A DNA stretch of 64,000 bases, taken from the IMG/VR virus record IMGVR_UViG_3300026118_000005, positions 2,916 through 66,915 of that record; one strand, given 5' to 3'. This DNA is from a virus. The position numbers and the translations under genes are program-made. This document shows positions 1-6,903 of this stretch, piece after piece (the stretch's first letter is position 1; every line of letters begins with the position of its first letter). The notes below the pieces were generated by a model. The model was not told where the DNA came from, searched no databases, and saw only the letters and a program-made list of their open reading frames with translations.

Positions 1-1359
1 AGTCAAGTCTGCCTTCGGAATCCGCGTCTCGTCTATGGGAGTAGCCGACAACGGAGCCCCCGGCGGAGGCGCAACTGGCGGACCTTGCGAAGGTCCAGGA
101 GGCGGAGCGACAGGGGTAACGATCGGCCCTGGAGCCGTTGCGACCTGCTGACCCCCGGGAGGGCCTTGCGAGAGAGCGGGAGATGCAGTGCCTGATTGTG
201 GCAGCACTCGGCCTTTTGCGTCTCGAATCACGCCAGTAACAGGGTCCACGTTGTACTTTTCCATGAGACGCCACGGAGGCGCTTCCCCGTTGCGCGTGAA
301 GCTGCTGAGTTCGGACTTGATCTTCTCAATCATAGGCACCTTTAATGCCTCACTGGCGGCATGGATGTCTTCCGCCTTGTAGTTTTCAATCTTTGGCTTG
401 TCGAACCAAGGCTTGCTAGCAGGCGCAACCTTTGTCCGCTCAAGGTAATCAAGAATCTCCTGACTGGAGGGCGGAAGGTTCTCGATCTTATCATCCAAAT
501 CTCGTAGGTATTTCACGTCCGAGTCGTGCATTTTCGTCAAGCCGCCCTGACTCTTTTGGAACTTCCATTGCGCAATCGCTTCGTCATCAGGACGGCCATC
601 CCTCATCAAGGCATCGATTTCATGCGGTTTCGCGCCAGCCGTAGCCAATGCGACCCGCTGCTGTCTGGTGAGTATCTGCTTTGCGAGATCGCGCCTTTCC
701 TTCTCGGATTGCGAAGGCTTCTGCCCCATTTTTTCATCGTAAATATCCGCCTGCCACGGGTCTTTGTCTGCAAATGGGTTTTCGTAGCCGAACATCTCCC
801 CGTTGCGATCCCGGAAGGTGCGAAGGATGTTTTGCGACCTTGGTTGCGCTGCCCCTTCGGAATTCTCCAAGATGTACTGCCCAAGACCGCGCTTAAACTC
901 GGGGCCAAGGTCCGGGTACTTCTTGCGCAAGTCATCAACGCCGGTCAAAAACTGAGTCTCCTTTTCGCGAGATCGCTTGGCATCCGCACTCGCCTGCGCT
1001 TGATCCAGCAACGCCTGATGATGCGCTTGGAGGTCCGCTAGGCTTAGGCGATTGCGTTCCTCCTGCGTATTCTTCTGATCGAGGAGATTGTTGTAATCCA
1101 CCTCCTGTTGCAGTGGCTGCGTTTGCGCTTGGCCTTGAAGTCGGTCGTAATCCAATTGCTGTGCCAGTTGCCGCTTCGGAATGTCGTTGTATTCGAGTTC
1201 CGTGTTGGCCTGCACGCCAGGAGCCAGAAAGAGCGGTTGCCCTGTAGGTCCAAGGGAAATCAGCGGATTGCCTTGCACGGGTCCACGAGCTTTCCCGAAG
1301 AAAGAATCAGGTTTCCCATAAGCAGCGAGCGCCGCCAGATCAGCGAGAGGATTGGCCAT
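1..1359 (-). CDS. Probable internal virion/ejection protein, truncated by window start
   Basis: Manual translation from ATG at 1359 (MANPLADLAALAAYGKPDSFFG...) stays open to base 1 (453 codons); Q/A-rich helical part then Pro-rich tract; follows tail genes. Not in the ORF track because no stop falls inside the window. Confidence 0.7.
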   Translation of the reverse strand, partial: MANPLADLAALAAYGKPDSFFGKARGPVQGNPLISLGPTGQPLFLAPGVQANTELEYNDIPKRQLAQQLDYDRLQGQAQTQPLQQEVDYNNLLDQKNTQEERNRLSLADLQAHHQALLDQAQASADAKRSREKETQFLTGVDDLRKKYPDLGPEFKRGLGQYILENSEGAAQPRSQNILRTFRDRNGEMFGYENPFADKDPWQADIYDEKMGQKPSQSEKERRDLAKQILTRQQRVALATAGAKPHEIDALMRDGRPDDEAIAQWKFQKSQGGLTKMHDSDVKYLRDLDDKIENLPPSSQEILDYLERTKVAPASKPWFDKPKIENYKAEDIHAASEALKVPMIEKIKSELSSFTRNGEAPPWRLMEKYNVDPVTGVIRDAKGRVLPQSGTASPALSQGPPGGQQVATAPGPIVTPVAPPPGPSQGPPVAPPPGAPLSATPIDETRIPKADLT

Positions 1360-1362
1360 GAA

Positions 1363-2337
1363 TTACGTGTTGTAGGGGATTGCGCCTGCCTGCGGTCCGA
1401 ACGGTTGAATCGCGAATTCTTGCAGGTTTCCGCCGCGATAGGCGCGTGCTTCGTCGTTGAGCAGCTTCGTTCCCACGGTCCAAAGTCCAGCAGCGGATGC
1501 TGTGTCGAGACCGTTCTCGACGTTGAGCGCCTGCAAGCCGTACTTCAACGCCCCGAGATTACCGGGAATCACGAAGTCTGTCAGCGCGGTCACTGGGAAG
1601 TAACGAAGCTGTGCCAGTACGCGGATGGCTTGCGTCGTCTGCCCGCAGTCGTACCGCCGATAGGAAGGGCGCGTTTCCGTTGGTTGCCAGGATGCGAGTT
1701 GCGTTAGACTGGCGTCCGTCTCGCTGAGGGAGAAGACGTTCACGGGGCCGTTCGTCTGCGTCTTCTGCGCACCGGTCAGCGCCGAGTAGTGGTAGGCGCT
1801 CTGGATGAATGGCAGCGTCAAAACGAGGTCTTCGCCGGGGATGCCGTTAGGATCGGGCACAGGTTGACCTGTCTCTTGCTGGATGCCGTAGATGCGTACC
1901 ACCTTTCCGACATCGCTACCAGTCGGATAGAGGCGAATAGAACCGCCAGGGGGAGGAATGTCGTAGATGGTGCAGAAATCGCTTCCACGGTCATCGAGTT
2001 GCCCGAAGAACCCGAGTTGCGAGAGCGGAATGTTCGGGTTGAAGAAGCCCGGACCAGTCTGAACATATCGATGCCACTGCGAGAAAACGGGGATTCCAAC
2101 ACCATCCCAATTCGGGCCTAATACAGACAAAAGATGCGGCGGAAGGGTGATGTAGCCGAGCGATCCATCAAAGATGTACTCGTACATCGTGCCCTTCCAT
2201 TTCCCCTCGTTGATGAACCGTTCGCGGACTTGGTTCAGCGCGGAGATGAACGCGGGAAAGTTTGCGCCTCCCGGCGTTACGTACTTCCAGAATTCATAGG
2301 TCGTGTAAAGGTCGCCTACGGTGACTTGGGTGTTCAT
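1363..2337 (-). CDS. Putative tail tubular/adaptor virion protein
   Basis: 324 aa ORF in the late operon, coupled to neighbours; function inferred from size and position only. Confidence 0.5.
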   Translation of the reverse strand: MNTQVTVGDLYTTYEFWKYVTPGGANFPAFISALNQVRERFINEGKWKGTMYEYIFDGSLGYITLPPHLLSVLGPNWDGVGIPVFSQWHRYVQTGPGFFNPNIPLSQLGFFGQLDDRGSDFCTIYDIPPPGGSIRLYPTGSDVGKVVRIYGIQQETGQPVPDPNGIPGEDLVLTLPFIQSAYHYSALTGAQKTQTNGPVNVFSLSETDASLTQLASWQPTETRPSYRRYDCGQTTQAIRVLAQLRYFPVTALTDFVIPGNLGALKYGLQALNVENGLDTASAAGLWTVGTKLLNDEARAYRGGNLQEFAIQPFGPQAGAIPYNT

Positions 2338-3035
2338 GTTGCGTAGGTCTTCCCGAAGTCATTCAGCCATTGAGCGGCCATCGGAGTGAGTCTCGATGCA
2401 GGCTTGGCAACCGTCATGGGATTGACGAAGTTTCGCGCCGCCTGAATCTTGGCCCAGCCTTCGGAAAGCTCTTTCAGCTTCCCCATGTCTCCACGGGTTG
2501 CCGCGTCTCGAATCAACCTGTTGTAGGCTGACCCCATGGCATCGCCTCCCTGCTCAATGTCCTTTTGCGCCTGGAGCTGGTCCACTTGCCCGAGCGTGTT
2601 CCGACTCTGGTAAAGCCCCGATAACCCTCCCATATCGTAGGATGGAGAAAGGCTGCCCCCTTGTTGGGTGATGACATCATCAGCCGTTTGAGCTTGGCCG
2701 ATGCTTCCTCCAAGACGCCGATTGTAGCCAATCCTGGCTTGCGGTTGGATCGGAGGGAAGCCATGCCCTCTGCCATAGGCTCCAGACGTGTCAGGGACGA
2801 ACGTCTGAGGCGCTACCGGCTGGCCGTCTGGCCCCACGGTTCGGAAGGTCGCGCCCCCTCTGGCTGCCGCGTTCCGATTGCGCAGATCCTCGGGGTTAGG
2901 CGCAAGCGGCATCCCTCCCAAGATCGTAGCGCCATTGCGAGCACGTTCCGCAAGCTGCGCCTGCGTCTCCGCCTCTTGTCCAAGCCATTCCCGCCTCCCC
3001 GTCTGAGGATTCCAGATGAATTGCCGTTCTGCCAT
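2334..3035 (-). CDS. Hypothetical virion-associated protein
   Basis: 233 aa A/G/Q-rich ORF; promoter TTGCAG(3065-3070)-17-TAAATT(3042-3047) lies 6 nt before the ATG. Confidence 0.6.
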   Translation of the reverse strand: MAERQFIWNPQTGRREWLGQEAETQAQLAERARNGATILGGMPLAPNPEDLRNRNAAARGGATFRTVGPDGQPVAPQTFVPDTSGAYGRGHGFPPIQPQARIGYNRRLGGSIGQAQTADDVITQQGGSLSPSYDMGGLSGLYQSRNTLGQVDQLQAQKDIEQGGDAMGSAYNRLIRDAATRGDMGKLKELSEGWAKIQAARNFVNPMTVAKPASRLTPMAAQWLNDFGKTYAT

Positions 3036-3251
3036 GCACGGAATTTACAGCGTGCAAACAAAACCTGCAAGCCAAAGCACTGTTGCAAGCATTTTGGCCT
3101 CAAAGCGCCGCGCCCCTCTCGAGACGCGGCGCAGTATGAGACTCAACTACTGGACAACAATGAACGCTAAAACCAAGCCGGAAACAGCCGACATGATCCA
3201 CTGACTGAAGGCACGAGATTACGAAAAACCGTCCGGGGCGTCAAGAAAATG

Positions 3252-3280
3252 TTGACAGGCTATCAGGGGCGAAAGAGAAT
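3252..3280 (+). promoter_or_regulatory. Sigma70-type promoter for ncRNA cluster A
   Basis: TTGACA(3252-3257)-17 nt-GAGAAT(3275-3280); no credible ORF follows for about 800 nt. Confidence 0.6.
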
Positions 3281-3286
3281 GGCGGC

Positions 3287-3389
3287 GTCTGATTGATCCG
3301 CTTAAGAGGCAACTTGAGCAATCGAGGACCTTCGAAGCGAATCTTCGGACTGATCCCCGGCTTAGTGTTGCCTCACTAGCCGGGTTTTT
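3287..3389 (+). ncRNA. Structured leader/small RNA ending in a terminator-like hairpin
   Basis: Hairpins ending CCCGGCTTAGTG-TTGCCT-CACTAGCCGGG-TTTTT (3356-3389); GAGGCAAC (3306-3313) is complementary to GTTGCCTC (3367-3374). Confidence 0.5.
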
Positions 3390-3463
3390 CATGTCCAAGG
3401 AATCGCCCTTGAGCAGTTTGGTAGCGTCCCTGAGTCGGGCAACGCGGGCCGAAAGCGAATCGA

Positions 3464-3643
3464 GAGAGCAGAGTTGAGGAGCGGCGTGGAAGCTAGACAC
3501 GCAGCGTTTGGATAGGAGGATCGGGAGTGCGCGCTGTATAAACCGCCTCCGCGCGAGGGATAGGTCACTGTGTGGCGCAAGCCGTATCACATACCTAGTC
3601 TCCCTCAGCAGGGATAGCGTCCTGCCTCCTCAACCCTGCTCTC
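3464..3643 (+). ncRNA. tRNA-like structured RNA A1
   Basis: 18-bp closing stem 3464-3481/3626-3643 (1 mismatch); D-arm-like GCGTG-GAAGCTAGA-CACGC; T-arm-like GCAGG-GATAGCGT-CCTGC; about 100-nt structured insert with a GCAA tetraloop. Confidence 0.65.
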
Positions 3644-3648
3644 GTTTA

Positions 3649-3829
3649 GTCAGAATGCAGAAGCGGGGCGCGAGCACGTCGGATGTGCTTGTCCTGCGCA
3701 ACAGGACAGCCGTAGTTTCTACGGGTGGCAGTGGTACCTTAATGCCTTCCATGTAGCTCGACGGGAAAACCGGTAACATGCTGGTTGGTCTGAGTTCAAT
3801 TCTCAGGCGCTCCACTTCTGCATTCTGGC
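3649..3829 (+). ncRNA. tRNA(Ala)-mimic structured RNA A2
   Basis: 23-bp closing stem 3649-3671/3807-3829; inner acceptor GGGGCGC/GCGCTCC-A with G3.U70; canonical T-arm CTGAG-TTCAATT-CTCAG (3790-3806); D-like GCAC-GTCGGAT-GTGC. Confidence 0.7.
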
Positions 3830-4092
3830 GAACGGTGCCAAGGACTGCTTTTACGGTTCCATCCTTGGCGCAATTGTGGCTCGCGCCAATCCGCCATGCT
3901 TACTCCCCGCTCTCATGGGCATCCCGTCGGGGTTGCATGGTCCCGCAAGGGTGTATGACAATACTCAGTCCGCTTCCTATGTACGGCCTAGTTTCTCCAG
4001 CGATCTCCCTCACAAGGGGAATCGCTGTGCCCAAGCCTCGAACCGCAAGCCTATCCCGGCAGTATGTCCGTTGACTCTCACAAGCCAAAACT

Positions 4093-4431
4093 ATGAACGC
4101 TGATAACATAAAGATGGTGAAAATAGAAGTGACTGACGCAGATATTGCGCAGGGTAAGAAATGCTCTGGAGAGTGGTGCGCAGTTGCGTTGGCGGTGAAG
4201 CGATGCCTCGGTATTCCGAGTACGACCGTTGGAGGTTGGGAACTTTGGACGAGGCAACGCTGGGTGAGAACGCCGGAATCCGCCAGGGAGTTCATCAAGC
4301 GTTTTGACTCTGGGCGTGAAGTTGAGCCGTTCTCGTTCGAGGTTCCGATGAGGGTTGAAAGTTGGTACCAAAACAAAAATTCAACAAATGACTTGCCATG
4401 CGAAGCGGTTCGCATAGAATGCAGGCGTTAA
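4093..4431 (+). CDS. Hypothetical phage protein
   Basis: 112 aa ORF with A-rich upstream (AAAACT-ATG); IEVTDADIAQG..C.VALAVKR motif recalled from small phage proteins. Confidence 0.6.
   Translation: MNADNIKMVKIEVTDADIAQGKKCSGEWCAVALAVKRCLGIPSTTVGGWELWTRQRWVRTPESAREFIKRFDSGREVEPFSFEVPMRVESWYQNKNSTNDLPCEAVRIECRR
4393..4420 (+). promoter_or_regulatory. Sigma70-type promoter with palindromic spacer driving the pentamer-array/RAMP cassette
   Basis: TTGCCA(4393-4398)-16 nt-TAGAAT(4415-4420); spacer TGCGAA-GCGG-TTCGCA is an inverted repeat; predicted start near 4427 is the first array unit. Confidence 0.6.
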
Positions 4432-4586
4432 CTCTTCGTTACGCGGCTTATTTTAACTTTGCTCAGCGTGGATTCACTCGTCGTTCCTTTATTTAACTTG
4501 GCTTTCATTTACGCGACTTGCCTAACTTTGCTTTGGCGCATCGTTACGAGTCTTCACTTGATTAGTCTTCCGTTAACTCAACTCAC
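4427..4586 (+). repeat. Phased pentamer array 1, consensus C(T/G)(T/C)NN x32
   Basis: 32 consecutive in-phase 5-mers (gttaa ctctt cgtta cgcgg cttat tttaa ctttg ctcag cgtgg ...); position 2 is T/G in 32/32, position 3 is Y in 29/32, position 1 is C in 23/32; positions 4-5 vary. Confidence 0.85.
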
Positions 4587-4592
4587 TCAACT

Positions 4593-5159
4593 ATGAAAAC
4601 CGCAATCGCAACCCTGAAATCCGCATCCCCCTACAGTCCATCGCGTCAGCACTTCACGCCCAAGCTGGAGCGTGAACTCAACGACGCTTACGAACAGCGC
4701 ACATGGCGTGAGAAAGGTCACTATGACCCCGATGGACATTTGCTCATTCCTCCGATGATGTTCAAGAACGCCATCGCTGCCGCCGCTCAGTACATGGGCA
4801 TGCAAGTTCCCGGCAAAGGCAAGAGCACTTACACCAAACATTTCGAGGCTGGCGTGATCATTCCTGACGCCATCACGCTCACTCAGACCCGCGAGAATGT
4901 GGAGTCTATCACGCTTTCCCAGAATGCGGACGGCAAGCGAGGATCGGGAACGCGAGTGATGCGCATCTTTCCGATCGTGAACGAGTGGAAGGGGCAACTC
5001 AAGATCCTTGTACTGGATGACATCCTTACCGAAGACGTGGTGCGCGAGCATCTGATTCGCACTGGCCAGTTTATCGGCATTGGCCGCTGGCGTCCCCGTC
5101 AAGGCGGTATGAATGGCCGCTTCGAAGTGGAGAAATTCACTTGGAAAGACGGGCTTTGA
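4593..5159 (+). CDS. Stand-alone RAMP/Cas7-like RNA-binding protein
   Basis: 188 aa with RAMP-like motifs: N-terminal strand AIATLKSASPY, LLIPPMMFKNAIAAAA (compare IPgsslKGalR) and C-terminal Gly-rich loop GQFIGIGRWRPRQGGMNGRFEV. Confidence 0.75.
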   Translation: MKTAIATLKSASPYSPSRQHFTPKLERELNDAYEQRTWREKGHYDPDGHLLIPPMMFKNAIAAAAQYMGMQVPGKGKSTYTKHFEAGVIIPDAITLTQTRENVESITLSQNADGKRGSGTRVMRIFPIVNEWKGQLKILVLDDILTEDVVREHLIRTGQFIGIGRWRPRQGGMNGRFEVEKFTWKDGL

Positions 5160-5167
5160 TTTTCTGT

Positions 5168-5313
5168 CTTGGCTTGACTTGTGGTGACTTGCATTTGCTT
5201 GACTTAACTTATCTAGTTTTGTCTTAACTTGTCATTCCTTGCAAATGTCTCGGTTAACCTTGTGTCTTCTTACCGCCATTTTACATAGCTTGACTACCCT
5301 TGACTTAACTCTC
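5168..5313 (+). repeat. Phased pentamer array 2 (15 + 13 units)
   Basis: cttgg cttga cttgt ggtga cttgc atttg cttga cttaa cttat ctagt tttgt cttaa cttgt cattc cttgc [aaatgt] ctcgg ttaac cttgt gtctt cttac cgcca tttta catag cttga ctacc cttga cttaa ctctc; fills the whole intergenic gap. Confidence 0.85.
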
Positions 5314-5315
5314 CC

Positions 5316-5795
5316 ATGAAAACCATTCCGTCTCTCTCCGTGGACGCTCAGGCGCTCGCACGCGTGCTCGGAGAATCGCCCGTCGGCGAAGTCGTAACTT
5401 ATGACGCTCTCTCTAAGGCTATCGGGCGCGATGTGCGCTCGGCCCGTGGACTGCTTTACACTGCCGTTAGAACTGTGATGCGCGATTCCAACGCCGTCTT
5501 TGCTGCCGTTCGCGGCGTTGGCTTGAAGCGTCTGGAATCCACCGAGATCGTGAGCGTTGCCACACAGACCGTTCGGCACATCCGCAAGGCATCTGGTCGC
5601 GCCATGCAAAAGCTGGCTTGCACGGACCTTTCCAAGCTGAACGAATCCCAGAAGGTGAGCGTGTTCACTCACAATTCCCTGCTCGGAGCGTTACGCGTCA
5701 TGAGTTGCCAGCCGTCTATCAAGAAGCTGACGGAGGCGGTGAACTCGGCCAATGCCGAATTGCCAATTGCGAAGACTCTTGCGCTCTTCCAGTAA
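5316..5795 (+). CDS. Accessory protein of the RAMP cassette, possible N-terminal winged-HTH
   Basis: 159 aa; GEVVTYDALSKAIGRDVRSARGLLYTAVR resembles a wHTH; lies between arrays 2 and 3. Confidence 0.65.
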   Translation: MKTIPSLSVDAQALARVLGESPVGEVVTYDALSKAIGRDVRSARGLLYTAVRTVMRDSNAVFAAVRGVGLKRLESTEIVSVATQTVRHIRKASGRAMQKLACTDLSKLNESQKVSVFTHNSLLGALRVMSCQPSIKKLTEAVNSANAELPIAKTLALFQ

Positions 5796-5860
5796 CTATT
5801 TATGCCTCGCCGCTTCGTGCATTATCTTGTATTGATTTCGCTTTGCTTAACTTAACTTTA
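5796..5860 (+). repeat. Phased pentamer array 3 (13 units)
   Basis: ctatt tatgc ctcgc cgctt cgtgc attat cttgt attga tttcg ctttg cttaa cttaa cttta; starts right after the stop codon and ends at the next ATG. Confidence 0.8.
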
Positions 5861-5985
5861 TGTCCTCGGAAGCGGCAAAGAAACTCGGAGCGAAAGGCGG
5901 CAAAAAACGCTGGGAGAAAGTATCCAAGGAAGAGCGTACCAAGCAGATGCGAGAACTTGCGCAAAGGAGATGGAAGAAAGGCTAA
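5860..5985 (+). CDS. Small basic KGG-like protein (41 aa)
   Basis: Manual translation MSSEAAKKLGAKGGKKRWEKVSKEERTKQMRELAQRRWKKG; below the ORF-track cutoff. Confidence 0.6.
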   Translation: MSSEAAKKLGAKGGKKRWEKVSKEERTKQMRELAQRRWKKG

Positions 5986-6014
5986 GCCAATCCCGGCATT
6001 AGAGTTTAAGCTAT
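5985..6014 (+). repeat. 30-bp direct repeat, copy 1
   Basis: AGCCAATCCCGGCATTAGAGTTTAAGCTAT, identical at 6863-6892. Confidence 0.9.
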
Positions 6015-6234
6015 GAAATTGAAAGTATTCGCAATCAAGGCAACTGGAACCTACGGCGGCGGAATGGCCGTTGTGGCAGCAAGTGAGCAAGGGCAAGCGG
6101 AGGCCATTGCCAGCAACATCTTCGATCATGTTTGGAACACTCGGTACCACGTTCCCGATTCCGTGGAGGAACTGCCAGACGTCTTTGCAGACGGACTGCC
6201 AAGAGTTCTTTCGCATCACGAACTTGGAGAATAA
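6013..6234 (+). CDS. Hypothetical protein
   Basis: 73 aa ORF in a tightly packed + strand run. Confidence 0.6.
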   Translation: MKLKVFAIKATGTYGGGMAVVAASEQGQAEAIASNIFDHVWNTRYHVPDSVEELPDVFADGLPRVLSHHELGE

Positions 6235-6237
6235 ATT

Positions 6238-6558
6238 ATGAATCTAACTGACGAGCAAATTAAAACGGCGTTCACTGAAGCGAAGCTGGCCGCGCAAGCA
6301 CTGGCAGAGACGCCAGATAAAGGAGCGTCCAATTTCGACACCGTGACGCTCGCGCACGGCATGAAGAACCGAAAGCTTGCGAGTCTCGCCGGGAAGTGCG
6401 GACTCTATGCGCACACAAGTCGCTGGTGCGGATGTTCTCATGTGTTCATCAACTTCAGCACTGGCGGCGCGGATCGCAGGACGAAGATGAACGAGGCGGC
6501 AATGAATTCTCTGACGGAATCGGGGATTGCGGCCAGCATGTACTACCAGAGAGACTGA
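6238..6558 (+). CDS. Hypothetical protein
   Basis: 106 aa ORF starting 3 nt after the previous stop. Confidence 0.65.
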   Translation: MNLTDEQIKTAFTEAKLAAQALAETPDKGASNFDTVTLAHGMKNRKLASLAGKCGLYAHTSRWCGCSHVFINFSTGGADRRTKMNEAAMNSLTESGIAASMYYQRD

Positions 6559-6589
6559 GAATATGACTCGTAAAAACTAGATAGGATGC

Positions 6590-6823
6590 ATGGAGATTAT
6601 GACAAAACGATACTGCGACATTTGTGGACAGCCTGCGATTGATTTTCAGGCAAGCGAGCGTGTACCATTTGGAGAAATAGATGAATCATTCCCTGCTTTA
6701 GGACCTCATATCGTCGTGAGAGCATCCTTCAGCTTCGAAGGGAGAAAGGACAAATTTGGAGGTCCTCCCGACCTTTGCCAAACGTGCGGCAATGACCTGA
6801 TTCGAAAATTACTTAAGGCGTAG
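6590..6823 (+). CDS. Small Zn-finger-like protein
   Basis: 77 aa with CDIC...CQTC. Confidence 0.55.
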   Translation: MEIMTKRYCDICGQPAIDFQASERVPFGEIDESFPALGPHIVVRASFSFEGRKDKFGGPPDLCQTCGNDLIRKLLKA

Positions 6824-6862
6824 ATTGGAAGGCTTTGATTGCGTCTGTCGAAGTGAACCGCG

Positions 6863-6892
6863 AGCCAATCCCGGCATTAGAGTTTAAGCTAT
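6863..6892 (+). repeat. 30-bp direct repeat, copy 2
   Basis: Identical to 5985-6014. Confidence 0.9.
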
Positions 6893-6903
6893 CGAATAAC
6901 AAT

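Noticed and set aside
3665-3814. tmRNA (ssrA) or tRNA-Ala gene
   Set aside because: Too short for tmRNA, with no evident tag ORF; too long for tRNA, with no canonical 7-nt anticodon loop. Kept only as a mimic.
3219-4103. Short ORFs across ncRNA cluster A (and likewise 55500-56218)
   Set aside because: Mutually overlapping, no motifs, atypical composition; long paired stems fit RNA structure better.
4427-5860. Canonical CRISPR array next to the Cas7-like gene
   Set aside because: No 23-47 bp direct repeats with unique spacers; the period is 5 nt, and no other cas genes were recognised.
4427-5860. Simple microsatellite or low-complexity DNA
   Set aside because: Positions 4-5 vary freely while phase and positions 1-3 are conserved in three separate intergenic gaps; slippage would homogenise whole units.
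5618-6016. 132-aa ORF sharing PIPALEFKL with the 6835 ORF
   Set aside because: The shared peptide is a by-product of the 30-bp DNA repeat; the frame crosses array 3 and overlaps better-supported genes.
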